This document shows, piece by piece, positions 8,836 to 19,630 of a stretch of DNA of 64,000 bases. Position numbers and translations under genes: made by a program. The DNA is from Planctomycetota bacterium (GTDB lineage: Bacteria; Planctomycetota; GCA-002687715; CAIWVZ01). The notes under the pieces were generated by a model. The model was not told the DNA's origin. It saw only the letters and a program-made list of their open reading frames with translations, and searched no databases. Each line of letters begins with the position of its first letter. Within the stretch, counting starts at the first letter, position 1. The DNA lies in contig JBGANV010000010.1 in the NCBI GenBank assembly GCA_044222185.1, positions 64,001-128,000 on the forward strand, written 5' to 3'.

Positions 8836-9906
8836 TCACTCGCCGGCGGAGACGCCGTCGCCGAGGCGGTCCCGGATCACCTCGATGAAGAGATCGACGA
8901 GGTCCGGATCGAAGATGCGGCCCCGCTCCGCACGCAGGAGGTCGATGGCCTCCGGAACCGGCATCGGCAGCCGATAGGGGCGCTTCGACGTGATCGAATC
9001 GAAATAGTCTGCGACGCACAGGATCCTGGCTTCGACGGGAATGTCGACGGAGCGCAACCCGTCGGGGTAGCCGCTCCCATCCCACCTCTCGTGGTGATGG
9101 CGAACGGCGAGGCGGATGTTCTCCGCGAGGAATGCCATGGGCCGAAGCATGTAGTCCCCGATCTCGGGGTGCCGTCGGATCGAGGTGAACTCCTCCTCCG
9201 TGAGTTTGCCCGGCTTGTTCAGGATTGCGTCGTCGATGGCGATCTTGCCGACGTCGTGCAGGAGCGCGGCGTCGTGGATCTGGCTCAACTGCGACTCGGG
9301 CAGTTGCAATTTTTCTCCCAAGGCGCGCGCAAATGCCGCCGTGCGCCGCCCGTGCCCGATGTTGAACTTGTCGCGTTCCTCGATCGCTCGAGCCAGCGCC
9401 ACCGCCGTCTGCATGGCGGCCTTGGCCTCGAACTCGCGCTGCTTCTTGAGATTGGCCAGTTCTTCCGCCTGGCGTTTCAGCTGCTGGCGCTCGCGTGCCC
9501 GCTCGATCGTGAGGAGGATCTTCTCGAAGTTGAACGGCTTGGTGAAGAAGTCGTAGGCGCCGCGGCGCATGGCCTGGATTGCAAATGAGATGTCGAGGTA
9601 GGCGGTGATCATGATCACCTCGACGCTCGATTCCATCTCCTTCAATTGCAGCAGCAGGTCGAGTCCCGACACGCGCGGCATGGAGATGTCCGTCAGGACG
9701 AGATCCTGGCGGTTGGCTGCGAACAACTCCTTCGCGACGATGGCGTCCTCCGCGCTGTCGACCTCGAAGCCGTGGTGCTCGAGGTAGGCGGCGAGGGACT
9801 TGCGAATCCCGCTCTCATCGTCGACCAGAAGAATCCGGTACGGGCGATTCTTCAGCGCCGGCGGACTCGACGGAGTCGTCGGCGCGGTTTGGACATCGAC
9901 GGTCAT
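8836..9906 (-). CDS. Response regulator with HD-GYP cyclic-di-GMP phosphodiesterase domain (RpfG family)
   Basis: REC domain (ILLVDDE, DLVLTDISMP, KPF) plus LHDVGK and HHERWDGSGYP motifs. Confidence 0.92.
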   Translation of the reverse strand: MTVDVQTAPTTPSSPPALKNRPYRILLVDDESGIRKSLAAYLEHHGFEVDSAEDAIVAKELFAANRQDLVLTDISMPRVSGLDLLLQLKEMESSVEVIMITAYLDISFAIQAMRRGAYDFFTKPFNFEKILLTIERARERQQLKRQAEELANLKKQREFEAKAAMQTAVALARAIEERDKFNIGHGRRTAAFARALGEKLQLPESQLSQIHDAALLHDVGKIAIDDAILNKPGKLTEEEFTSIRRHPEIGDYMLRPMAFLAENIRLAVRHHHERWDGSGYPDGLRSVDIPVEARILCVADYFDSITSKRPYRLPMPVPEAIDLLRAERGRIFDPDLVDLFIEVIRDRLGDGVSAGE

Positions 9907-10088
9907 GACCGCGTGAACCGGGGCAGGGGAGTGGTGTTCATGGAACTCGCGACTGTGACGGATCGGCGAACGATCGAGTGTTGGGCAGGGAATCCATCGA
10001 GCAGTCGGGGCGGGATTATAGAGTCGATTTTGGAGTTTTTCAGTTCTTTCTGGATCCTCTCAGCAACTTTTCCACATGTTGTTTCGGA

Positions 10089-10856
10089 TCACTTCGGAGG
10101 CGCGGTTTCCTTCAACGTGAATGAGTCCCCCAGATAGAGGCGTCGCACCGCAGGGTCCGCAACCAGTTGTTGTGGTGTGCCCTCGCGGAGGATCTTCCCG
10201 TCGCCGATCACGTAGGACCTGTCCGTTATCGACAATGTTTCGCGCGCGTTGTGGTCAGTCAGGAGGACCGCCAAACCTGCATTCGAGAGATCTCGCACGA
10301 TCGACTGAATTTCTTCGACGGCTTTCGGGTCCACTCCAACGAACGGCTCATCGAGAAGGATGAGCATCGGCCGGCGCGCGAGGACCCGCGAGATCTCGAG
10401 GCGTCGCCGCTCACCGCCCGAAAGCGTGTCCGCGCGTTGTGCCCGTCGCCCCGTCAGGTGCAATCGCTCGAGCATCTCGTCGACGATCTCGGCGCGGTCG
10501 GTCTTCGTGAGCTCGGGCATCCACTCGAGTACGGCCTTCAAGTTCTCCTCGACGGTGAGGCCGCGGAACACGCTCGGCTCCTGTGCGAGGTAGCCCATGC
10601 CGCGTCGCGCGCGTTCGTGAATCGGTGACTCGGTGACGTCCGATTCGTTGAACGTGATCTGGCCGCCGTCGGGCCGCAGCAGCCCGATCATCATGCGGAA
10701 CGTCGTCGTCTTGCCCGCTCCGTTGGGCCCGAGCAAGCCGACGACCTCGCCGGCGGCGACGTGGAGCGAGACCCCGCTGACGACGGTCCTGCGGCCGAAT
10801 CGCTTCTCCAGCTCCGTCGCGACGAGCAGCGGCGGCGTCTGAGTGGGATCGTTCAC
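10089..10856 (-). CDS. lptB: LPS export ABC transporter ATP-binding protein
   Basis: GLLGPNGAGKTT, GYLAQEPSVF, LSGGERRRLEI, LLDEPFVGVDP, TDHN, YLG; GTG start overlapping the lepB stop. Confidence 0.92.
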   Translation of the reverse strand: MNDPTQTPPLLVATELEKRFGRRTVVSGVSLHVAAGEVVGLLGPNGAGKTTTFRMMIGLLRPDGGQITFNESDVTESPIHERARRGMGYLAQEPSVFRGLTVEENLKAVLEWMPELTKTDRAEIVDEMLERLHLTGRRAQRADTLSGGERRRLEISRVLARRPMLILLDEPFVGVDPKAVEEIQSIVRDLSNAGLAVLLTDHNARETLSITDRSYVIGDGKILREGTPQQLVADPAVRRLYLGDSFTLKETAPPK

Positions 10857-12415
10857 CGCAGGATCCGAGGTCGGACGAAGAACACGATGGCGGCGCGACC
10901 GACGACGTAGGCACGCGGGGTGTAATGGTCGTAGACGGCGTAGACGGTCGGATCCACCGCGTTGATGTCATCGACCTCCGGCGCGCGGACTTCGTTCGTG
11001 ATGGGATCCAGGATGTCGAAGAGCTTCGGCCGCAGGTGATGCAGGTTCCCCTGCACGTCGATAAACGCCGGCTTGTTGTCGTCGTTCATGAACGGGTTGT
11101 GGCCCCGCCGCACGTTCTCGATGCGGTCGGAAACGGCCTCGAAGTCGCCATCGAGGATCCGCCCCGGGTCGGTCGGGCTCGTCCGCATGCGGATCCGGGA
11201 TCGCCGCCAGCCTCGGGCGTCGAGGGAATTCGGCGAGTTGTCGCCCAGCATCAGGTACGAGCCCTTGGGGACCTCGAACTCGTCGGTGTGACCGTCGAAC
11301 CTGGTGTAGTGCACGTCCCGGAAGATCGCGATGCGCGACACCGCGCCGCTCCCCGTGTGCACCCCGAGTTTCACGATCGCTGCGCCGCGGTTCCCACCCG
11401 CGACGTCCACGGGCGCAACCACGTAGTCGTAGCGGAACACTTCGCGGCCGTCGATGCGGACGACGATGCGGTGGTCGACGTGATCCACCTCGATCGGTGT
11501 CGATGTGCCCGGCTTGATCCTGACGGCTGCGAACTCGGCCGTCGTCAGGTCCTTGGATCCATGGAGCGCGCGTGATGCCTGGCCTCCGTCGACGCCGCAT
11601 TCGACGCGTATCGACTGCCCGGGCTGCGCTGGATCGTGAACCTCGACGACGATTGCGCCGGCGCCCGTGTCTGGCTGCGCGTCGAACCGCACGCGCACGT
11701 CAGCCACGGCCTCGTCGCCGCCCTGCCGCCCCTTCGCGTCGGCCGCGTTCGGGTCCGTGCGAGCGTTCGTGATTCCGGACCGCGTCTTGATGAGGCGGTC
11801 CCCGTTGGCCGTCGCTTTCAGCACCACCGCCTTGCGGGCCGCGTCGAACTCCGGATCCGGGTCGGCGCGCGAGTTCTCCGTCTCCACCTGCCAGCGCGCG
11901 ATCAGTTGGGCGCGGGTCAGACCATCGACCTCCTCGCTCGGGATGACGGGGTTCGCGTCGAAGATCGCGTCCTGGACCGAGTCGGGCTTGCGCGTCACGG
12001 CGAAATTCGTCCCGCCCGTGGGGTCGGCATAGACCTGGCCGTGCCAGAGCTTGATCCGTTCGCCCGAGAGCCCCACGGCGCGCTTCACGTAGTTGACGAG
12101 GCGCGAGAGCGGGTACTTGAAGACGACGATGTCGTACCGCTCGGGGTCATTGACCATGTAGGCGAACCGATCGACCAGGATGCGGTCGCCCATGTCGCCA
12201 CGGCCGATGATCACCGGTTCCATCGACTCCGTGGGGACCTGGAACGTGTCGAAGGTGAACTGCTTCAGGAGCAGCGCCATCGCGATCGCGACGGTGAAGC
12301 CTTCGAGCTGGCGTCGCAGGAAACCTGGCGAGTTGGTCGTCGCCGAGCTCGGGGCCTTCCGGAGTGTGACCCCGGCGATCAGTTCGGACGTTACGAGCGA
12401 AAGCCAGCTGCTCAT
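10853..12415 (-). CDS. lepB: Signal peptidase I with a large internal insertion
   Basis: Catalytic Ser box PTESMEP, GDRILV, Lys box NYVKR, box E YLMLGDNSPNSLDAR. Lies directly downstream of lepA. Confidence 0.9.
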   Translation of the reverse strand: MSSWLSLVTSELIAGVTLRKAPSSATTNSPGFLRRQLEGFTVAIAMALLLKQFTFDTFQVPTESMEPVIIGRGDMGDRILVDRFAYMVNDPERYDIVVFKYPLSRLVNYVKRAVGLSGERIKLWHGQVYADPTGGTNFAVTRKPDSVQDAIFDANPVIPSEEVDGLTRAQLIARWQVETENSRADPDPEFDAARKAVVLKATANGDRLIKTRSGITNARTDPNAADAKGRQGGDEAVADVRVRFDAQPDTGAGAIVVEVHDPAQPGQSIRVECGVDGGQASRALHGSKDLTTAEFAAVRIKPGTSTPIEVDHVDHRIVVRIDGREVFRYDYVVAPVDVAGGNRGAAIVKLGVHTGSGAVSRIAIFRDVHYTRFDGHTDEFEVPKGSYLMLGDNSPNSLDARGWRRSRIRMRTSPTDPGRILDGDFEAVSDRIENVRRGHNPFMNDDNKPAFIDVQGNLHHLRPKLFDILDPITNEVRAPEVDDINAVDPTVYAVYDHYTPRAYVVGRAAIVFFVRPRILR

Positions 12416-12496
12416 GGCGACGAAGTCCTCCCGGGACGGCCGGGAAGGATGACCGCATGGCGCTGGCGCGGCAAGAGGGCGCGGAGCCCTCCCGCG

Positions 12497-14304
<1,808 letters not shown>

Positions 14305-14308
<4 letters not shown>

Positions 14309-14922
14309 GGCCTCGGGCTTTTGGCGAGGATCGCGGGCAGGGCTTCTCGGAGCTTCTGCAACGCGATCCCGCGGTGTGAGATTCGGTCCTTCTCGTCCGG
14401 CGACAGCTCCCCGAAACTCCTCGGTCCGGTCCCGACGAGAAACAGCGGATCATACCCGAATCCGCCCGAACCTCTCGGCTCGCGCGCAATCCGTCCCTCG
14501 CAGGTTCCCGACGTATCGAACAGCACGCGTTCGGGGGTGGCGAGGACGAGGACGCACCGGTATCGGGCGGTCCGACGGGCATCGGCCACGTCGCGGAGTT
14601 CGTGGAGGAGTCTGGCGTTGTTCGCCGCGTCGTTCGACGGGCGGCCGGCGAAGTAGGCGCTGTCGACTCCGGGCTCGCCCCCGAGCGCGTCGACCTCGAG
14701 ACCCGAGTCGTCAGCGAGCGTGAGTAGGCCCGTGAACCGGGCGTACTCCAGCGCTTTCGCCGTGGCGTTTGCGAGAAACGTCCTGTGCGGTTCGTCGGGG
14801 GAAGGCGGCGGCGGATCGAAGTCGGACGGACAGACGATCTTCACGCCGCGGCCGTCGAGCCTCCGGCGTAACTCCGCGAGCTTCTTCGCGTTGCCCGAAC
14901 CGACGAACAGGGGCGTCGTCAT
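14305..14922 (-). CDS. rdgB: Non-canonical purine NTP pyrophosphatase (RdgB/HAM1)
   Basis: SGNAKKL, ADDSGLEVDALGGEPGV, GFGYDPLF, SHRG. Coupled to rph. Confidence 0.95.
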
Positions 14923-15647
14923 CAGGCCCCGTCCAGCGCGTGCACCTGAGCGTGGAAGACGCGCCGGATTCCGCTCTCGGCCAGGCTCAGGGCTCGGGTG
15001 AAATCCGCGCCGGTGAACGGGTTCTTCTCCGCCGACGCCTGGACTTCGACGAAGCGGCCGTCCCCCGTCATGACGACGTTCATGTCGGCGTCAGCCTGGG
15101 AGTCCTCCGGATAATCGAGGTCGAGCAGGAGTTCGCCTTTGACGATGCCGAGCGAGATCGCGCCGACGGCCGTGCGAATGACCGGGCGTGCCACCTTGCC
15201 CTCGCGCGTCAGTCGCCGCACGGCATCGCAGAGGGCCACGTACGCGCCGTTGATGCTGGCCGTTCGCGTGCCACCGTCCGCTTCGATCACGTCACAGTCG
15301 ACGTGCAGCGTGCGCTCGCCGAGTGCGGCAAGGTCGACGATGGGCCGCAGCGAACGGCCGACGAGTCGCTGGATCTCCGCGGTGCGGCCGTCGACCCCCG
15401 AACCGCGGCGGCCCTCTCGCGGCTTCCGTCGCAACGTGGACCCGGGAAGCATGGCGTATTCGGCGGTGACCCATCCGCTCCCGCGTCCGGCCATCCAGTC
15501 CGGAACGGATTCGTCGACACTGACGGTGCAGATGACGCGGGTTCGACCGGTCGAGACGAGGCACGACCCTGCAGCGGAACCTATGAATCCGCGGTGGAAC
15601 GAGATCTCGCGAATGGCGTCCGGGGATCGTCCTTCTTGCCTGGGCAT
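14922..15647 (-). CDS. rph: Ribonuclease PH
   Basis: GWVTAEYAMLP, GRTAEIQRLVGRSLR, DCDVIEADGGTRTASING, DLDYPEDS. Start MPRQEGR at 15647, within ORF 14922..16769. Confidence 0.96.
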   Translation of the reverse strand: MPRQEGRSPDAIREISFHRGFIGSAAGSCLVSTGRTRVICTVSVDESVPDWMAGRGSGWVTAEYAMLPGSTLRRKPREGRRGSGVDGRTAEIQRLVGRSLRPIVDLAALGERTLHVDCDVIEADGGTRTASINGAYVALCDAVRRLTREGKVARPVIRTAVGAISLGIVKGELLLDLDYPEDSQADADMNVVMTGDGRFVEVQASAEKNPFTGADFTRALSLAESGIRRVFHAQVHALDGA

Positions 15648-15776
15648 GGCGCGAGGTTGTAGCTTGCGTTCCTCGCGCGGCGAAGGCGTTTTTGGTCGGG
15701 CCGCCGTCGTTCGAGGAGTCGTCGCCGGTCTCTCGACGACGACCGTGATCACCCTCCTGGCGGGGCGGGACGCGAA

Positions 15777-17093
15777 ATGAATGGAAGCGACACACAACGC
15801 GACGGCCCGGAAAGAGCGCCGCCGCCATCCGATCCGCGCGCGCGGCTCCGCGAGCAGGCGCTGAAGCAGAAGCGCCGCACGAGGTTCCTGACACGGACTC
15901 GAATCGCCGTCTGGGCCGTCGTCCTCGGTCTCGCGTTGGTCTCGAAGTTCGCGCTGAAGGCGCAGTGGGACCGGATCCTGAAAGGCGGTGGCGGTGGCGG
16001 TGACGGTGACGGTGCCGGTGCCGACGTGGCCGCCGAGGCCGAGGGTACATCGGGTGCGTCGAGGTGGATCGTGAGGCGATTCGACGAAATCGCCGAACGC
16101 GACGGAAGCCAGCTGCGGTTCGTGCCCGTGAGGGTCTTCGGCGCCGTCGGAACGGGGCCGCCCGGTGCGGCGCCCATTTTCGTCACTTCGAACATCGGTA
16201 GGTGCGACTGGATCGAGTATCCCGCGGCTGCCGCCGCCGGCGCGCGAGCCTTTCCCACCGACGGGGATGTCGTCGACCTCGACGTCGTCTCGCGTGATGC
16301 GGGAGCCGAGTGGCCCGATGAGCTCGTCCTTGGGGTCCGTGTCGGCGATCTCGTCGGTGCGACGCGCGGCGAGCTGTGCGTCGTCGGACTCGACGGGGCG
16401 CGCCGCCTCTGTCGGGTCTTCCCCAATCCGGTGAACGCCGTCGCCGGTGGCGTGCTCCGCGACGTCGGCAAGGTCTATTGCGCACTGCTCGGAGCCGGCG
16501 AGGTCGTCACGATTCGCGCCGACGGACGGGTCCTCGCGCACGATCGGCTCGAGCACGCCGTCGACCGGATCTGGATCACGAAAGGCGACGAGTCGACCGC
16601 CGCGGCGATCTGGTGTCGGGGGCGCGACGGGAGGCCCTTCGCGACGGATCTCCCGAAGGATCGACAGGCCGGCGGAGTGATCGACGCCGCGCGGGATGTT
16701 CCGGTCGAGCGCGTCACTGCGGCCGCGTGGGCCGGACGCTTCGACGATGCGACGTCGCTGCTCCACCAACAGGGGGTGGTGATCGGCGCCGGGACTCCCA
16801 GGGAGGATCTCGCCGTGCTTGCAACGACCCTCGCGCTCCGGGGATTCGAACGGCGCGAGGCCGCGAACCTCGTGGTCGCGATCACGGACGTCCTGGCCGC
16901 GTCCGAGCTGCCGGGCGCGGCCCGGGCGCGGGCCGCCGTCGTCTGGGCACAGGGAGAGGCTCGGCTCTTCCTGCGCGAGGCGGGGGCCTCAGCGTCGGCT
17001 CGGACTGCAAGCGGACTGTGTCCCCCAACCGATGATCGTCTTCGCCGGCTCATCGAGGACCTGGATGCCCGCGCACACCAAGCGGGACTTTGA
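15777..17093 (+). CDS. Hypothetical single-pass membrane protein
   Basis: Basic stretch followed by a TM helix (IAVWAVVLGLALV) and a Gly-rich linker. Only plausible ORF filling the rph-kinase gap. Confidence 0.6.
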   Translation: MNGSDTQRDGPERAPPPSDPRARLREQALKQKRRTRFLTRTRIAVWAVVLGLALVSKFALKAQWDRILKGGGGGGDGDGAGADVAAEAEGTSGASRWIVRRFDEIAERDGSQLRFVPVRVFGAVGTGPPGAAPIFVTSNIGRCDWIEYPAAAAAGARAFPTDGDVVDLDVVSRDAGAEWPDELVLGVRVGDLVGATRGELCVVGLDGARRLCRVFPNPVNAVAGGVLRDVGKVYCALLGAGEVVTIRADGRVLAHDRLEHAVDRIWITKGDESTAAAIWCRGRDGRPFATDLPKDRQAGGVIDAARDVPVERVTAAAWAGRFDDATSLLHQQGVVIGAGTPREDLAVLATTLALRGFERREAANLVVAITDVLAASELPGAARARAAVVWAQGEARLFLREAGASASARTASGLCPPTDDRLRRLIEDLDARAHQAGL

Positions 17094-17112
17094 TGCCGCC
17101 TCGGCCTATCCC

Positions 17113-18600
17113 CTATGACCGTGCGGACGGCGTGGCGGGCAGCGTCACGCGAATCGTCGTCCCAGACCCGATCGCGCTCGATGCGCCGACGGTGCCGCCG
17201 TGATTCGTGACGATGGCCTTCACGAGGGAAAGTCCAAGACCGGCGCCGCCGTGGTCGCGGCCGCGGTCGTCGTCGACACGGAAGAAGCGGTCGAAGATCC
17301 GCGGCAGCTGCTCCGGCGCGATCCCGATGCCCTCGTCGCTGACCTCGACGACGACGTGTTCGTTCGAACGTGACACGCGGACGTTCACCGTGCCGGGACG
17401 CTCGCTGTAGCGAACGGCATTCGCGATCAGATTGCTGATCACGATCCCGAGCTGCTCGCGCCGGCCGAGGACGTGAGTGATTCCCTGTGCGGTTACCACG
17501 AGACGGAGCTGTTTCTCCGTCGCCGTCGGGCGGTGGACGGCGGCGGCCTCCTCGGCGACCGGTGCTATGTCCACGTCGGTCAGGTCCTCGGTGAGCGTCT
17601 GGGCATCGGCGCGTGCGAGCGCGAGCAGGGCTTCGGTGACCCCCTCGATCCTCCGGATCGCGGAGAGGATGTCGACGAGCGTGTCGCGGTACTCCTGCGG
17701 TTCTCGAGGCCGGCGGAGCGCGACTTCCGCCTGGCTCTTGATGATCGCGATCGGCGTCCGAAGTTCGTGCGAGGCGTCGGCCGTGAACCGGCGTTCGTTG
17801 TCGAACGTGGCCCTCAGCCGATCGAACGTCGCGTTGAGCGTGTCCGACAGTGAGTCGAGTTCGTCGCGCGTGCCGGGTTTGGTGACGTGATCGTTCGGAT
17901 CCTCCAGTCGGATCCGGGCCGCCGCCGCCGCGATCCTGCCGATGGGGTCGACGATCCGTTTCGCTGCAAACCGCCCGGAGAGCACGCCAAACGCGATGAT
18001 GAACGGCACGCTCACCGCCATGCTCGCGACCAGCGCTTGCAGTGCTCCCTCGATGCCAGCGAGGTCCTGGGCGACCACGACGATCACGTCCGGCGGGGTG
18101 ACCTTCGTCTGCTCTGCGATGGGGAGTGACGTCGCCAACGACGACATGAGCGTGCCCTGGCGACGGGCGGCGTGGACGCGGACCTCTCTGCCGTCGGTCG
18201 GATCCACCACCGTGTCCGTCAGGCCGGCGTCCCGATCCTCGGCCGCATCGAGCTTCCGCTGGATCTCCGAGATCTCGACGGGGAACCGGTGCTCCGGGGT
18301 GTTCGGGGAACCGGCGATCAACCGGAGAGTCGCCGCGTCGTGAATCACGAACCGCAGGCGATGTTCGCTCGCGCCGAAGCGTGCGCGGACCTGTTGGGGC
18401 AGTTCGACGGACACCTTCTGCCCGTCGGTTCTCGTCACGTTCGCCAAGATGTCTGCCCAGTCGTCGAGACTGGCGTCGAGCGCTTCGACGAGGCCTCGTC
18501 GGGTCAGCGTGTAGATGAACACGGAGCGCACCACGATCACGGCGAGAAGCGTCGCCACGAGCCAGACGACGATCTTCGCGCGGATCGAGAGCGCTTTCAC
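17113..18600 (-). CDS. HAMP-domain sensor histidine kinase (CusS/CzcS-like)
   Basis: Two TM helices, HAMP (DELDSL), H-box FTADASHELRTP, N-box NLIANA, DEGIG, GAGLGL. GTG start overlaps the regulator stop. Confidence 0.93.
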   Translation of the reverse strand: MKALSIRAKIVVWLVATLLAVIVVRSVFIYTLTRRGLVEALDASLDDWADILANVTRTDGQKVSVELPQQVRARFGASEHRLRFVIHDAATLRLIAGSPNTPEHRFPVEISEIQRKLDAAEDRDAGLTDTVVDPTDGREVRVHAARRQGTLMSSLATSLPIAEQTKVTPPDVIVVVAQDLAGIEGALQALVASMAVSVPFIIAFGVLSGRFAAKRIVDPIGRIAAAAARIRLEDPNDHVTKPGTRDELDSLSDTLNATFDRLRATFDNERRFTADASHELRTPIAIIKSQAEVALRRPREPQEYRDTLVDILSAIRRIEGVTEALLALARADAQTLTEDLTDVDIAPVAEEAAAVHRPTATEKQLRLVVTAQGITHVLGRREQLGIVISNLIANAVRYSERPGTVNVRVSRSNEHVVVEVSDEGIGIAPEQLPRIFDRFFRVDDDRGRDHGGAGLGLSLVKAIVTNHGGTVGASSAIGSGTTIRVTLPATPSARS

Positions 18601-19277
18601 GACTGGAGTACGCGGATCACGTAGCCGAGGCCGCGGACGGTCTGGATCAGCTTCTCCCATGGGTCACGGTCGACCTTCTTGCGGAGTCCGGCGATGCAGA
18701 CCTCGACGGCATTCGGGTCGCAGTTGGCATCGTTGGGCCACACCGACGCGATCAGGCGCTCCTTCGAGATGATCTGCCCGGCGTGGGTCATGAGGTATTC
18801 GAGCACCTGGTACTCACGCGCGGTGAGAGCCAGCTCCGTTCCCGCCCTCGTGACGCGGCGCGCGGCGGTGTCGATCGACAGGTCCCCGACGGTGACCACG
18901 CTCGAAAGTCCCGCTGACATCGTTCGCAGGAGGGCACGGATGCGCGCCAAGAGCTCATCGAAGGAGAACGGCTTCGTCAAGTAGTCGTTCGCCCCGGCGT
19001 CGAGACCGGCGACGATGTCTCGTTTCGTGTCCTTTGCGGTGAGGATCAGGACCGGCGTCCGGTTCTTCTCGCCGCGAATGCGCTTCAGGAGGTCCATCCC
19101 GGACAGACGCGGGAGCATCAGGTCCAGGATGATCATGTCGTAGGGACGCGCGCGAAGGTTCGAGTACCCCGTTTCGCCGTCATGTGCGACGTCGACGGTG
19201 AACTGCTCGTCGGTCAGGCCTCTGCGGAGGGCCTGCGCGAGCGCCACCTCGTCCTCGATCACAAGCAGTCGACTCAT
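18597..19277 (-). CDS. OmpR/PhoB-family response regulator
   Basis: LLVIEDE, ILDLMLP, GANDYLTKPF, winged-helix end IQTVRGLGY. Confidence 0.95.
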   Translation of the reverse strand: MSRLLVIEDEVALAQALRRGLTDEQFTVDVAHDGETGYSNLRARPYDMIILDLMLPRLSGMDLLKRIRGEKNRTPVLILTAKDTKRDIVAGLDAGANDYLTKPFSFDELLARIRALLRTMSAGLSSVVTVGDLSIDTAARRVTRAGTELALTAREYQVLEYLMTHAGQIISKERLIASVWPNDANCDPNAVEVCIAGLRKKVDRDPWEKLIQTVRGLGYVIRVLQS

Positions 19278-19630
19278 GGATGTCGTCTCCCAGGATTCAG
19301 ACTATGTGCTGGAACTGTGCAAACGCTGAGTAGGTCAGGGGATAGTCCGGCTCCGAACAAGCACGCCGCAGCTGTGCCTAATCCACACACGCGCGGTGAC
19401 TGTGAAGTACCGCTTCTTCAAACGCTTACGGCTTCTCAGTCATTTGCGCGAAACCGTCAAAAAACTGAGAACAGGTTCCTGACTCGAGGTGCTGCGTCGA
19501 GCGCGGCGGCATCCTATCGTGTTGCTGTTGCGTCTCAAATGCGTTGAGACTGGATGCATCGCGAGTTGGTCTCAGTTTCAAATGAGTCCACTGCGTGGCG
19601 CGTGATCGATATGCACGAAGCGACGAACGG

